NCBI RefSeq assembly: GCF_964204645.1
Contig: NC_134032.1
Span: 1,980,416 to 2,044,415 of the forward strand
Reading direction: 5' to 3'
From: Tubulanus polymorphus
Taxonomy: Eukaryota > Animalia > Nemertea
Length of the DNA stretch: 64,000 nucleotides
This document shows positions 21,701-35,200 of this stretch, piece after piece. How positions within the stretch are numbered: position 1 is the stretch's first letter; each line of letters opens with the position of its first letter. The position numbers were made by a program, and so were the translations under genes. The notes beneath the pieces are model-generated. The model was not told the DNA's origin. It worked only from the letters and a program-made list of their open reading frames with translations, and made no database searches.

Positions 21701-24632
21701 AAGGGATACGAAGCCTGGATAGTATCACCTACTATATCCACAGCCGGAGCGCGTTGTCTACGCTTTTACTTCCAGTCAACGTATCGAGGTTCGTCGTCAA
21801 CAATCATTTCATCATCACTCTCAAAACGAATATAATCTTTCAACTGATATCTAAAGCCTAGCGCACATCGACACTGCGATTGGAGACAACTAGTTGTTGC
21901 TACCGAACGATTACCCCGCGCACATCGAAATCTAGTTACAACCGGTCAGTTGCAGCAACTGCATGGCGCGTGTCAATCGTCGAAATCCAGAGCGCGCACA
22001 TCGACGGATATGACTGCGATTGAGTACAACCAGTTGCTCAAAAGTAGAACATGGGCAACTGGCTGGAACTGGAGATAGATCGACGCTTACCAATCGTAAG
22101 ACACATTCAAGCAACTGATCGTATCCAGCCAGTTCCTCTCATGCGCCGAAAACTGCCTTGCAACTAGTTGTCTCCAATCGCACTGTCGATGTGCGCTAGG
22201 CTTAATACACTCTTTATTAATTAGTCTATATGTTTTTCGCAAAAAGGGAATCCGAAATTACCCGGGACCATTGTTGGATTTAAAATACTACGCGCACGAG
22301 ATAATGAAAAGATAGCAGGATTTTCAAAGTTACCGATCGTGACTAAATACAATAAGTGGACTCTGTTCGAGGAGACCATTACAGATTTAGAAGGCGTCAC
22401 GCCACCTTATAAGGTACCGGGGAACCTGATTTCTGTGTCTGGGGTTCAAAATGAACCTATAATTCACAGTTAATTATTCGATCAATATGACCGCCACTGA
22501 CTTCAAGCGTTTCATTCTCATTACGTATAGGTGGTTATATATTTCTGGTGGTCCTCTTGGCCAGTCGGTTCTTTACCAGGAGCAGCAATTGACGACATTT
22601 CACTTTTATCGGGAAGCTGTAGCATTTACGAAGAAATGAAATACGCCACAGAAGGTAAGGTCGGCGATGTCCTGAAATGGGTTATAGTTTAGAAGAAGTT
22701 TAGAAGAGTTTTGCGTCCCAACTGCGAGTAACAGTGTAACCCTTAAGAGACGGCGGGGCCTTTTTTGTAGGTTGTCACGGATCACAAGCTGATTATGTAA
22801 GCATAGCATAGTCGATGTTTATGTCTCGACAGCCAATGCCAACGGTGGTTTAGAACCAGAGACCTCTTGGTTACCAGTCCTGCACTCGACCAACTGGGCT
22901 AACTGCAAAGGACCTTACGGACCTTAGGGAAACTTACTTCTCCGGACGTTTCTGATTCGGAAATTATATGCAATTTCATCTAGGAACATGTAAAGACAAA
23001 AATCCAAGCTGTAAGGCGTGGGCCGCGAAGAAGGAATGCAAGAAGAACCCGAAGTATATGCGGGTAAACTGTCCTGTGTCGTGCGAAAAGTGTGTTCCGT
23101 GTATTGACGCCGACAACAAGCAGTGCCCAATTTGGGCGCAGAAAAAAGAATGCGCTAAAAATCCCGGTTACATGTTATCGCAATGTCCAGTGTCGTGTCA
23201 ACAATGTCTACACGGCTGTGTCGACCGGAACAAAGATTGCAGACCGTGGGCCAAATCGGGTGAATGTAGCAAGAATGCTAAATGGATGCGGACTCAATGT
23301 CCTAGAGCTTGCGGTAGGTGCAAGCCAGGATTTCTGATTCCGAACGGTGAGTTTGAAAGTTGAGTTCGGGGCTGTGGCTCTGGGCTCTATAGATCAGTAG
23401 ATATTGTTATGGTACTTAACAATCTGAGCCACTTGTTATTCCACTAGCTTCTCCACCACTAATCGTTTCACGAAGATCTCCACCACAGTATCGTGTCCCA
23501 TGACTATCCTCTATTGTTGCTCTAACTAATTTTGTACCGCTGGATCTTCTCGCTGACCTACCTCCTCCTCAAGTAGATATTAACTACTAACACTTCTACA
23601 TGGTATGATCAAGCTTTTCTTTACTTCCCCTACACTGCTTACATTATTTCTTCTGCCTTATTTCCAACTCAAAAACCTTTGACCTATATACTAACAAGTA
23701 CATTTTTCACATTCCTTAACCCTTACCTCACCCGCTTCTAACCTTACCATATTTGGTATGTTCAATCCCCGCTACTCCCTCCTGTACCACGCTAACCATC
23801 CCATAAAAGTCCTTACATTTTAAATATAGTAACTAAATGCTCTTCCGTGTTTCTCAACAAACTCCCAGCTTGATCTGATCTTTCATCTGGTACATTTGCA
23901 AACACATCTAGTGTGCGCTATCATGCACACACTGCACACGCTATCTTTTCCCGTACATATAAAACCCTATAACTATTGCCTTTACAATATCATAAATATT
24001 TTTTCGTTTCAGTTTGTAAGGGCAATAAATTATTATCAGACCGAAGGCACACATTCACCGCTTCCAGTTACAGCGGAAAGTGCCTCCCGCAAAACGCCGC
24101 TCGTGATGATGCGGATTGTAACGAGTGGTGTTCGGCGGAAAACAAAGCCAAAGGCTCGTGGATTCAAGTGAAATTCAACGGTGGCGCCAAGGTGGTAACA
24201 TCGATGTCTTTGTGGTCAGGACGCACTTACGTTGTCAAACAAGCCACTTACAAATACAGCACTGACGGGGTACATTGGTACGGCGTATTCCACCGAGGGA
24301 CCACAAATAACGTTAGTGTCTTCGGCTGCTATGTTAATTTTACGTTTCAAATTATAGATTTTCAAATTTCCTGAACTAATCCGAGGCTTGCCATGCCAGT
24401 CATTACTTTAGATAATTGATCATTTCTTACAACTGTGGAAGCCACCGACCCGCAATCAAAACTAATTGGATATCTTTTTCAGGTTTTCGAAGGCAACGGA
24501 AATTACTACGTCCAGAATTTCAAAGCAGTTTACGTCAGGATGTACCCGAAGCTGTGGACGCCGCACGATAAAGCGTGTGCGCGCTGGAATGCAGACGGCT
24601 GCGACGCCCAAGATATTGAACACGAATCCTAA
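15793..24632 (+). CDS. Secreted astacin (M12A) metalloprotease: SP-pro-astacin-EGF-CUB-EGF-TSP1-MAM-3xShKT-F5/8 type C
   Basis: Phase-compatible exons 15793-15812, 15912-16005, 16860-16964, 17383-17563, 17634-17772, 18266-18332, 18473-18658, 19265-19385, 19503-19610, 19798-19898, 19983-20101, 20186-20313, 20391-20501, 20801-20965, 21459-21788, 22247-22413, 22531-22654, 22984-23346, 24013-24311, 24483-24632 (20 in total, 18 after the two signal-peptide exons). Motifs: HETLHATGCWHEQQRTDR, DYRSVMAY, CGG..LTSPGYPSNY..CAW, WSQWGGWSNC, TCDFD..AIDDISL..C, three C..C..W...C..N..M...CP.SC..C units, WIQVKF..YVRMYP. Confidence 0.9.
16128..16466 (-). mobile_element. MITE family A, Mutator-like (9-bp TSD)
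   Basis: Long imperfect TIRs CATCCTCCC...GGGAGGATG; flanking direct repeat TAACGCAAG at 16119-16127 and 16467-16475. Confidence 0.9.
16624..16803. mobile_element. Palindromic MITE family I; second copy at 51132-51313
   Basis: GGGCGCAGGAAAA...TTTTCCTGCGCCC termini and a shared body. Confidence 0.75.
17025..17334. mobile_element. Foldback element with TIR CATCCTCGCTTGCCAG; short derivative at 40003-40066
   Basis: Long imperfect inverted arms including GCCGCTCAGCGCCCACCAGTCTATGTAT and its reverse complement. Confidence 0.7.
20557..20753. mobile_element. Palindromic MITE family H (CCAGTTCCACAG...GAGTTAACTC...CTGTGGAACTGG), double copy; also 18997-19105, 47618-47730, 60484-60571, 61171-61278
   Basis: Five or more dispersed copies with inverted ends. 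Confidence 0.75.
21855..22202. mobile_element. PIF/Harbinger (Tourist-like) MITE (family D)
   Basis: About 40-bp TIR AGCCTAGCGCACATCGACACTGCGATTGGAGACAACTAGTTG; TAA on both flanks. Confidence 0.88.
22680..22910 (-). mobile_element. tRNA-derived SINE-like repeat; second copy at 35440-36017, interrupted by a family D MITE
   Basis: Shared TTTAGAAGAGTTTT.CGTCCC...CTTAAGAGACGGCG and tRNA-like CAGTTAGC..GGACTGG..GAGGTC..GTTC(G/T)AAACC. Confidence 0.6.
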
Positions 24633-25473
24633 AAACGAAACCTCTATCATCCTATAGAATGAATAGCAAATCACTGATAATTCAAAAGATCTTTAAAATG
24701 AGCTCATTTACTAATCGAGTGAACGCCGGGAATTCTAAAATATATATTCAATTGTTCCTTACTTCAGACTTTTTAGCAAAGAATTAATCAGCGACAGTTC
24801 GAGTTGTTTGTTTCTCCGACATATCCTACTATATTCATGTGAAACTCCAGCGTTCATTGCGCAGAATTTGTCTCCGAGATACTCAAAAGAATTCCAATAC
24901 GCCTAAGAGCAAGGACTTAAAACGGTAAAGTACGATGTATTGAGTGCACTTGTTAGTGTGTCTCCATACAAGACACATGCCATGCTCTGGCAAAACAACG
25001 GCGAATGTGAAAGACGCCGATAATCAAACCGTTCGCGGTCCGGTTCCCAAATCAGGCCTCATATCAAGCTGTTCCATTCCTTGATCACTCTTACAAAATT
25101 TTGAAGTGGACTATTTCATAAGTCAGTTTTGTCACGCATGCACGCACGGACGCACGCACGCGACAGCAAACCTACAGACATCGTTATTGTAGAGAATAGC
25201 CACACTATTGGAAAATAGATCAAATCCACAATGTCTCCAAGAACTAGTTGTATCAAAATCTCTGAACTGGCTTAATATAAATGATCATCATTCTGTTGAT
25301 GAGAGCTTCCGAGAATATCTTGCTAGTCAGAATAGCCGATAAACCTGCTTGAATTTTCATCCGTCAAAAGCCATCAAACTTTGAATCACCAACTGGTATG
25401 AACTCGGAGCACACGACTATCGTGATCAGTTAAAATAATTCTTTATTTTCCCTTAACGCAACGTAATTACAAC

Positions 25474-25535
25474 AATATACACTGTACTAATATACACTGT
25501 ACTAATATACACTGTACTAATATACACTGTACTAT
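25474..25535. repeat. 16-bp tandem repeat (AATATACACTGTACT-like), about four copies
   Basis: Direct inspection. Confidence 0.85.
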
Positions 25536-26241
25536 ATAGCTGTGCAATAACTTAACTATTGAATTCCACATACCGGTACACCTTAAAAATTAACTCAACA
25601 TGAAAATATCATCAAATTCATACTTCATTTGCTTCAGTTATCTGAACCCCACGCTGTGCCAATGTAGGTAAAATGCGGTGAAATGATTTCACCTATTGAG
25701 TCGCAACAGTGAAATCTAAACGGATCCCGAACAAGAAACCGATTCTTCAATGAGGGACCCGCAACATCGGTTATCCCACCAGATGGCGCGACGAGCAGTA
25801 GGTCTTACATTGCCAAAATCAGTTCATTTTCAATGAACTTTGAACTGAATATTTATACTCCTGGAGCCGGTTGCACAGTCATGGCTTAGACTTAAGACCA
25901 GTCTAAGACCAGCTTAGTTCTATAGCCAATCTAACAACTTAAGACCAGTCTTAAGACTTAAGACCATTTTTGGACTTAAGTCACAACTGTGCGACTGGCC
26001 CCAGGATCCATACATTATCACAGCACCACCAAATATACAATAATTTCATTTTTCTACTCAGATATCGGTAAAGTTTTCATAAATAATTGATTCATTTAAG
26101 AGAAAAATTCATTGAGTTTGAATTGAAATGTAGATGATATTGAACGCGGTAGACCGAGTTACTACTAGCGACACCTGGTGAATCCTCACCTGCCACAGTA
26201 GCGTTGCGGGCCGTTCCCCATTTCAGAAGCAGTTAGTTGAT

Positions 26242-29200
26242 CTAAGTAGCATTATTATCCGGATCAGCGTCCGTCGACGAACGCCGTTGTTTTCGAGCTG
26301 ATTTTTTCGACGACGCCGGTTTCTGTTGTCGCGTCTGCTCGGTTGCCCCCTGCGACGACGACGACGACGACGACGATGTTGTTTTTTGTCGTTCCTTCGT
26401 CGCTTTGTCGAAGAAGAAATCGAAGGGATATTCTTTACCGCTGGCGTCGTTCGCGATCAACTCTTCGTTCTTCTCGTAATCCTCGACCTGTAAACAAAGA
26501 ATGAAAATATCGCGATAGACAAGCAGCTAATTAGCATAAATTATGTCACTTTATTTGCATAATTTACCCGCACCATTCATGGAATTGTTTTTAATTCTAT
26601 AACAAATGACCTAATATTCGGATGATGGACGTGAAATTAATAGATGAAAAGTTAACCTATGTAGCAATACCAAGAAGCTGGTTGCTCAAAAGTTGGTTAG
26701 AGTTAACCAGTGGATATTTGATACGGTCACAATTGAAATTTCATTGTTACTATGGTATTTAACGGTCGGTTATCTTTAACCAACTTTTGAGCAACTGGCC
26801 CCTGCTGATCTCTACTGGATGCCAGGGCTAACTTGAACAGGGTAGTCAACAGTCAACAACAGAATGACCTAACCAGCAGCGTAGTATCAGCACCTACCCT
26901 TAACCGCTTTAGGAGGCGATTGGACAATAGTGGGTGGACCAGTTCTCTAGCCTGCTATAACTTTGCTATACATTTTAAGGTTCTGAGACACAGTGAAAAC
27001 CACGCACTAATTTCTTCCAGTGCCAGACCGGCAAACAGGCGAGGCCCCAAAGTCAAGTCAAGTTTATGCAACACGCTGCTGGGGCTAACATTACGATTCG
27101 ATTTCCATTGCTTTTACTTCGTTGTTTTTTTTTTAAATCATCCTTTTTTACCTGAGCCAAGAATTCTTTTCCTTCTCCGGTTAACTCCATGCCGGAAATA
27201 TCGTTAAACAGTTCGTACGGATCTAACACGTTCGGCACGGATCTCTTCTCGAAAAACTATCGAACCAAATAAAAAATATGTAGACAATACAGGAAAAATT
27301 CATTGCGAAAATTTTGAAAGATTTGTATTCCAACAGGGGGGATCAGGGTCCAATTTTCTTATTGAGTATGAATAATTTCAAACATTCCGTTTTATAAAAG
27401 TCATCAGTAACTATCAGGCATTACTGACAGATTATGACAGAAATTCAAAAGGGCATTTTCACCACCGCATTCAGGAATACAAGGATCTGCGCCTGTCCAT
27501 TTTACAGTAAACTCCTCAAGGCGGACATTTTAAAGCTGTAAAACTGTGTCCGACTTGCAATATCTGTGTTGGACAATATGTTTTTCATAAGCTGAGGACA
27601 ACAGGGAGGACCAATTTTCTTATGGAGTATGAATAATTTCAAAGATTCCATTTATAAAAGTCAGTAACTATCAGCATACGCATATAGTTTTACTGATAGA
27701 AATTCTCCAGAATATGACAGAAATTCTAAAGGGCATTTTTTAGGAGAAAAGGGTTCTTTCTTCACCACTGCATTCAGGAATACAGGGATCTGCACGACTA
27801 TATTCCGTACTAATTCAATTAGGCCTAAACTGTTCAACTTATGATGCACATTGAGATAAAGTTTGAAGAGAGGTCCTTTAGAAATAGGTGATACAAAATT
27901 CTCTTGAAAGACACAATTTTGACAATTTGAGGGGATTTTGAGGGGCCAAAGGATAAAACTCAGAATTTGAGGGCTTTTGTACCCTCAAAAAATGGGTTTT
28001 GGAATTTACGGGGGTTTTTGAGGGATCTGAGGGGCTGTAAAAACATATTATAGACACGTGACATATCTACCTGCGAGATGTTCGTACAGTCGCGTAGCAG
28101 GAACTGGTAAGCGTTTGGATGGGCGCGGTCGACGGCCTGACTGACGTCGATCACCCACACTTTACCGTCGTACCACAATAGATTATACTCGCTGAGATCG
28201 GCATGAATTAACAAACACTCGTCGTGCAACTTCTTCATTAACTAGAAAATGTAGCAAAAAGAGAAAGAAAATACGAATAATTTTTCCGAAACGCCAAAAA
28301 CGTCTACAAAATACGTAGTTTCGTCTTTAACCCTTTCAGTGCGTCTACACCGCAGTACGGTGTACGAATCAGTGATTGATTTTGCTAGTACACCGCACTG
28401 CGGTGTATTGATGTAATTAGTAATTATCTCTCTTGAAAGATGGCAGCACCTGTCAAACATAGTGAAATACTAGTAACTAATGATACACCGCACCGCGGTG
28501 TAGACGCACTATAGTGGTATTCCCGTTGTTCAACACACTAGGGTGGAATCTTTTAGAATTTTCAAATTATCTCCAGCACTATAGGGTATTAATAAGTCAG
28601 CACTGAAAGGGTTAAGGCTGTACAGTGAATAACATTAGCATTCTAAGGTACAAAATAGCTTTTGTAACAAGATTGGGTAATAAACACCATGGTATATATT
28701 CTATTCAACAGCTTCATACAGAACATTTTTATCCAATATCTGGTGTTTGTTCCTTTTTCAAATGAAATGTCTCAGGTGAAATCGATACAAATAATTCGAA
28801 GATTAGCGATAGAGCAGTTTGTGGGGGTACGCGGTCCAGGAATCAGACTGATACCTGCTAAACCTATCAGCACGCATAAATGACCAGTTACACTAACCTG
28901 TAAACACTGTTGATAAGCCGATTCCCATTGTAAATCCGTTAACGTCACATCTTTCAGTTTCGGAGCTGAAATCTGGTCGCGACCGATGAAACTCATGACT
29001 AACACATGTTTCCTGAGCAAAACCGGGTCCGGGCACGGCACGTTAGCCCGGCGCATTCTAAAACGATAAATGTCGGCCGAAAATAAAATCAAAATATTTC
29101 GATTTTTTTCAGAAGCAAGGTTTCCTTTATTGTTCGAGAGAAAAGGCTGGCTCTGTAAATGATGTTATCTAGAAATTCTCACTAGCTAGAGTCACTGTCG

Positions 29201-32200
29201 AAATTGCATTTCATACAAGTAGTGACTGTGAAGTAAAATTTACGAACAAAAGATTACGGGACTATTCTCTACCATGATGTCAAAAACAATTACTGTAGGC
29301 CAATAATATCAGGCCATTAACAATGCGGTTATCGAGGTTAAATATCATTTCATCCATCGATACAGAAATGACTAAGGCAAAATTTTTCAATCAGAAATTC
29401 TTCCCACGTAAGTTGAGAAGGTCAGAATGGTTGGTGGATTATACTCTTCATAGTGGAGTTAGAGCAGGGAATGAGTGAAGCCAGATTTCGATCGCTTATA
29501 ACCCGGATAAAAGCAGGTTTTAAACAGAACTCGAGATTTCTCCTACATTTCCCCCAAAATGATGCGGATATAAACGCAGCGGTCACGGCTAAGGTGAGAC
29601 CGGTCTAAGATCATCTTAGTCCTATAGCTTATTAGATTAAGATTCGGATTAAATTGGTCCGATGGTTAAGCCGGGTCTATGTACATAGTAAGCTTCTTGT
29701 TATTAATTAGATTGCATCATGATACCTAAATCCTTTCAGTGCTGACTAATTAATACCCTATAGTGCTGGAGATAATTTGAAAATTCTGAAAAATTCCACC
29801 CTATTGTGTTGAATAACGGGAATACCACTATAGTGCGTCTACACCGCGGTGCAGTGTATCGTTAGTTACTGATATTTCACTATGTTCGACAGATGCTGCC
29901 ATCTTTCAAGAGAGATAATTAGTAATTACTAATTAAATCAATACACCGCACTGCGGCGTACTAGCAAAATCCATCACCGATTCTTACACCGCACTGCGGT
30001 GTAGACGCACTGAAAGTCATGACCGTCTGCACAACTTGGATTTCTAATTCCTCAAAAACTTACTTCCTCAAATTCGTCGCTTCCTTCTCCGCCCACATTT
30101 TGATGATTTTTCGAGGGTTGTGTTTTTTGAACTCGTCCTTCGAGAACCGGTAGTCGCCGTTGACGTACTTCTCGCGAGTTTTAAACTCGTTCAACGTCGT
30201 TTTGAACACCTTCAACGCGCACTCGTTCGGAACGGGAATTTCCGTCGACGTCGACCTGAAATGAATACGTTCTCTAAATTTTTTTCTAAATGACAACTTA
30301 CTAAAAGCTTGCGAGCTCATGGAGACTATTCAGACCCGGGACAAATTGGCACGGATCAGGCCCGAGTCGAATTTGGCCCGTGCCAAATTAGAGCTCATTC
30401 ACACGTAAACCACTCACTCAATACTTGATACTAAACGCTGCTTAACCCTTTCAGTGCTGACTAATTAATACCCTATAGTGCTGGAGATAATTTGAAAATT
30501 TTAAAAATTCAACCCTTGAGTGTTGAATAACGGGAATACCACTATAATGCGTCTACACCGCGGCGCGGTGTATCGTTAGTTATTAATATTTCACTATGTT
30601 TGACACGTGCTGCCATTTTTCAAGAGAGATAAAAACTAATTACTATTTACACCAATACACCGCAGTGCAGTGTACTAGCAAAATCCATCACTGATTTATA
30701 CACCGCACTGCGGTGTAGACGCACTGAAAGGGTTAAACCAAAGTGAAATGAGTCACTTCCGGAACCAGTTGCAATTCACATTTGACCGGTGTATATGATG
30801 TATCTACTTTCTATGTACTGTTATAATCACTCGAATCGTCTTTGTATTGAATCGATCGAATTTGGCGCGTGCCGAATAAGAGCTCATTCACACGCAAACC
30901 ACAGTGACAGTGCTTATTATGGATGGCCCTAAAATCTGGATGACCTTGGGGGTCAGACCCTGAAGGTGACCCCCAAAGTTCGCGAACTTGGTACCATTCG
31001 AAAGCTTATGAAAAGAGCTTTTATGAAATACATGCAATATGGGGGTTATCCCTCATATCTACTGAGTTATTCAGTTTTCCCCGTGTAAGGTCCAAAAGCA
31101 CTCACAGGCCGAAAAATACTCGCCCGTTAAAGGGCTAAACGAAGCGAAGTGAGTTACTTGCAAACAACATGAAATGATTTGACCCGTGTATACAATGTAT
31201 CTATTTTTTATGTTCTGTAATGCTTGAATTGTCTTTGTATTAAGACCAAGAGTTTGTCGAATAAAGTATATAGTGAAGTAAAGCTGAAATTGGGCTCGGG
31301 CCTGGGCCCACGTATATCTAGGCGGGCCACACTAGCATACCGTGGATCCTCTCACAGCAGCGTTAACGGTTGCGTACCCATTTGCTAATTGGCAATTTTT
31401 ACTTATCTTTTTTCCAATTATTTTATTAAATAAGAGCTTTACTTGACACTAATTAACCAATAGCATAATAATAATACTAATTGATAGCATAATAATATAA
31501 TAATATCAATTGTATTTACCAATCTTCAAATCAAATCTGGAATCATTCATCTTACACCTAAATCTTAAGTAGTAATGAGCTCTAATTTCTATTTCAACCT
31601 GACTTGAGAGCATTGCGGGTGGCCTAGCTCGCTCATTTTTGGTAGTACATACCTGAAAAAGGTCTTAATAGGACCAGAAAGGACTGGCAGTCGACCTAAA
31701 TCATCATTTTTTAATCTATTTGAAACAGTATTGAACGATATCCAAAAAGTCTTCACTAAAACGGGTTAAATGAAGAGAATAGACTCCCATGATTTGAAAG
31801 TTTAACAATATGTTTCCATGCCTACCGACTGAAGTTTGGTACGTAGGCATGGGAACATATTGTTAAACTTTCAAATCATGCAGTCTCTTCTCTTCATTTA
31901 ACCCCTCTATTGCCCCTAACCCGCGGGCTATCTCAAGTGATAATGAATTGAGTTAGCCCCCGGGTTAAAGGTAATACCGGTCTATAAAACAGGGCCCCGA
32001 GTATTACCGGGTATTACCTTTAACCCGCGGGCTTACTCAAGTGATAATGAATTGAGTTAGCCCCCGGGTTAACCCTTTCAGTGCTGACTAATTAATACCC
32101 TATAGTGCTGGAGAAAATTTGAAAATTCTCAAAAATTCCACCCTAGTGTGTTGAACAATGGGCATACCACTATAGTGCGTCTACACCGCAGTGCGGTGTA

Positions 32201-35200
32201 TCGTTAGTTACTATTATTTCACTATGTTTGACACTTGCTGCCATTTTTCAATAGAGATAATTACAAATTACTAATTACATCAATACACCGCAGTGCGGTG
32301 TACTAGCAAATTCCATCACTGATTTATACACCGCACTGCGGTGTAGACGCACTGAAAGGGTTAAAGGTAATACCGGTCTATAAAACAGGGCCCTGAGTAT
32401 TACCGGGTATTACCTTTAACCCGCGGGCTAACTCAAGTGATAATGAATTGAGTTAGCCCCCGGGTTAGAGGTAATACCGGTCTATAAACCCGGCTACTGT
32501 AGTAATTACTGAGTGAACTTACGTTCCACCGTGAGCGTGAAATACAACCGACTCTTTACCGGTGCTGATCACTCCGCTGATACTGTCTAATACTTCACCA
32601 TTCACTAGTTTATACATGATCAGTCGAGTCCTCGGGTCGACGGCCATTTCCTGAAATAGAAATATATACATCCAAGAATAATACTGATCTTCGGCTTAAA
32701 TTGAATCTTCCATTATAGACATTCTTGGACGATGCCAAAACCAAGTCCACCGGCTGCCAGAAATGAAATCAAAATATTTTGATTTTACCAGAAACAAACG
32801 AAGTTTCCTTTATTCTTCGAGAGAAGGGGGTGGCTCTGAATGCTGTAATTTAGATATTCTCAGAGACCCTAGCTCACGCTATGTCGACAGAGCGTTTCAT
32901 ATACCGGTAGGTTTCATATACCGGTAGGCGACTGTGAAGTGAAATTTACAGACAAAAGATTTCAAGACTATTCTCTACCACAACGTCACACCGAGATCAA
33001 AAACAATTACAGTAGGCCTATAAAATCCGGCCATTTGTCACGAAAGTTTAACAATGCGGCTATCGTGGTTAAAATTCGTACCATCAAAGTAAACTTTTTT
33101 TTTTACCTAGACTTTAAGATAACCGGACTATCGAGGTCATTTAGGTTAAACAATCGCGATATAATATCAGGCCATTAGTCATAAAAGCTTAAAAATGCAG
33201 CTATCATGGTTAAAATTCGTACCATCGAAGTTAACGTTTTTTTCTTTTGTTTTCACTTACGGCTGTTGAATGTTCCTTTTTCTCGTGTAGTTTCGTGCGA
33301 CGTTTCTCCTCGGTGATGCTGTGCTGTTTTAAACTGTTGTACGCGTGATTCGGCAGTTTGAAGTCATCTCCGCGAACGTCTCCCGATTCGAAATCGGGCG
33401 GAAACTGGAAAATAAACGACAAGTTCCGATTACGGTCCTTTTCAGTGTGTCTACACCGCAGTGCGGTGTATGAATAGGTGATGTATTTTGCTAGTACACC
33501 GCACTGAGGTGTATTGATTTAATTACTAATTATCTCTCTTGAAAAATGGCAGCACCTGTCAAACATAGTGAAATATTAGTAACTAAGATACACCGCACCG
33601 CGGTGTAGCAAACTATAGTGGTAATTCCGTTATTCAACACACTAGGGTGGAATTTTCCCCAATTTTCCCCAATTTTTTTCAAGCACTAAGGGTATTAACT
33701 AGTCAGCACTGAAAGGGTTAAAGGTAATACCTGTCTATAACACCCATCCCTGGATTTTCAAGAGGGCTGCTCTGCTGGTCATCCCCAAGAATTTCAATTG
33801 CTTTTGAATGAAAATTCGAACTCAAGATCAAATTTAAATTTCAGTAATTGTTTACTAACCTCCATCACTCGACTGGCGTTGCGTCTGCCGCAAATCGTCG
33901 CGTCGTGTTTCGTCGTAATATTTTTGCCTTTTCCGCGAATTCCTTGTTTGTTGAATGACTGAGTACGGTCTGCGAAAACACATAATAATAATAATAATAA
34001 TAATATGTGTCTTATAAAGCGCTGAATCCAGCCGGGCTGCTCAGAGTGCTTTACATTTTCGGTATTATTACCCCGACCAATTTTATACTCTAACATGTAT
34101 CAGTCATCTCTCACTGGGGAGAAGTAACACCGAGCTGCGAACAAGCGCTCAGGAGTCATCTATCAGGCCAGGTACCCATTTACTGCTGGGTAAAGAGAGG
34201 CTATGAGGATAAGTGTCTTGCCCGAGGACACTACGGCAATGTACGGGGTTCGAACCCACGACCTGGCTTCCCAGAGTCGAACGCTCTAACCGCTCGGGCA
34301 CACCGCTCCACATAAGTAAACCGATTTTAGGAAAATATTCGACCGCTGATCCCAGTCGCTTCGATTACGACGAAAATGGCTTAGATCAGATCTGAATTTC
34401 AGCCAATTAGACACCCCAAAGGATAACCAATCATATCGAAGGCCGGCAACGGATTAAAAGAATTTAAAAACGAGAATTTATTGATTCAATCTAAAATATA
34501 TAATAAACACAGCAGTTCGATCTCACCCTAGAGATCATCGTCATCTGACGATGATCTCTAGGGTGAGATCGAAACGTCGTGTATTCTATATATTTTAGAT
34601 TGAATAAATAAATTCTTGTTTTTTAAATTCTTTTAATCTGTAGATAGTGGGTTTTTATCTTATTACCTGGCCTATATATTTAGGGGAGGGGGGTATGTTC
34701 CGCCCAGACGCCGGCCTTAAAAAAAAATTTGAGCGTCCATTTAAAAAAATTCACACGACATTCGCTTAATCGTTCGTTTTCGTTCAAATTATGCGAATAC
34801 TTCCGAACTTACTTGATTTGAGGCGAATTTATCGGAGAAACGAACAAAATTTTCACCCCGAAATGAACTAGAAGTCGTGAAATTGCATCTAATTTTCAAA
34901 GATTTTCAGCCGAACTTACTCCCAGTACGGAACATTAATTGCGCGAGCATGTTACAAAAAGTTCAAATTTCACGAAAATCGAATCCCCCTCGAAACAACA
35001 TGGCCGGTGACAACCAGTCGGGATTCCATGACTTTTGAGCCCAATTATTATTATTATATATGCCCTATTATCAGGGGTTCCCAATATCATTCTCCATACA
35101 TTTTCCATACTTTTTCCATACCCAGATGATAAATTTTCCATACCACTCCTACATGGCCAACCTAGGGGATTTTTACCAGAGGGGGGATGTTAACCACGGG

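Noticed and set aside
23440-23880. Strand-skewed C/T-rich stretch, possible retroelement remnant
   Set aside because: No recognisable reading frame or motif could be recovered by eye.
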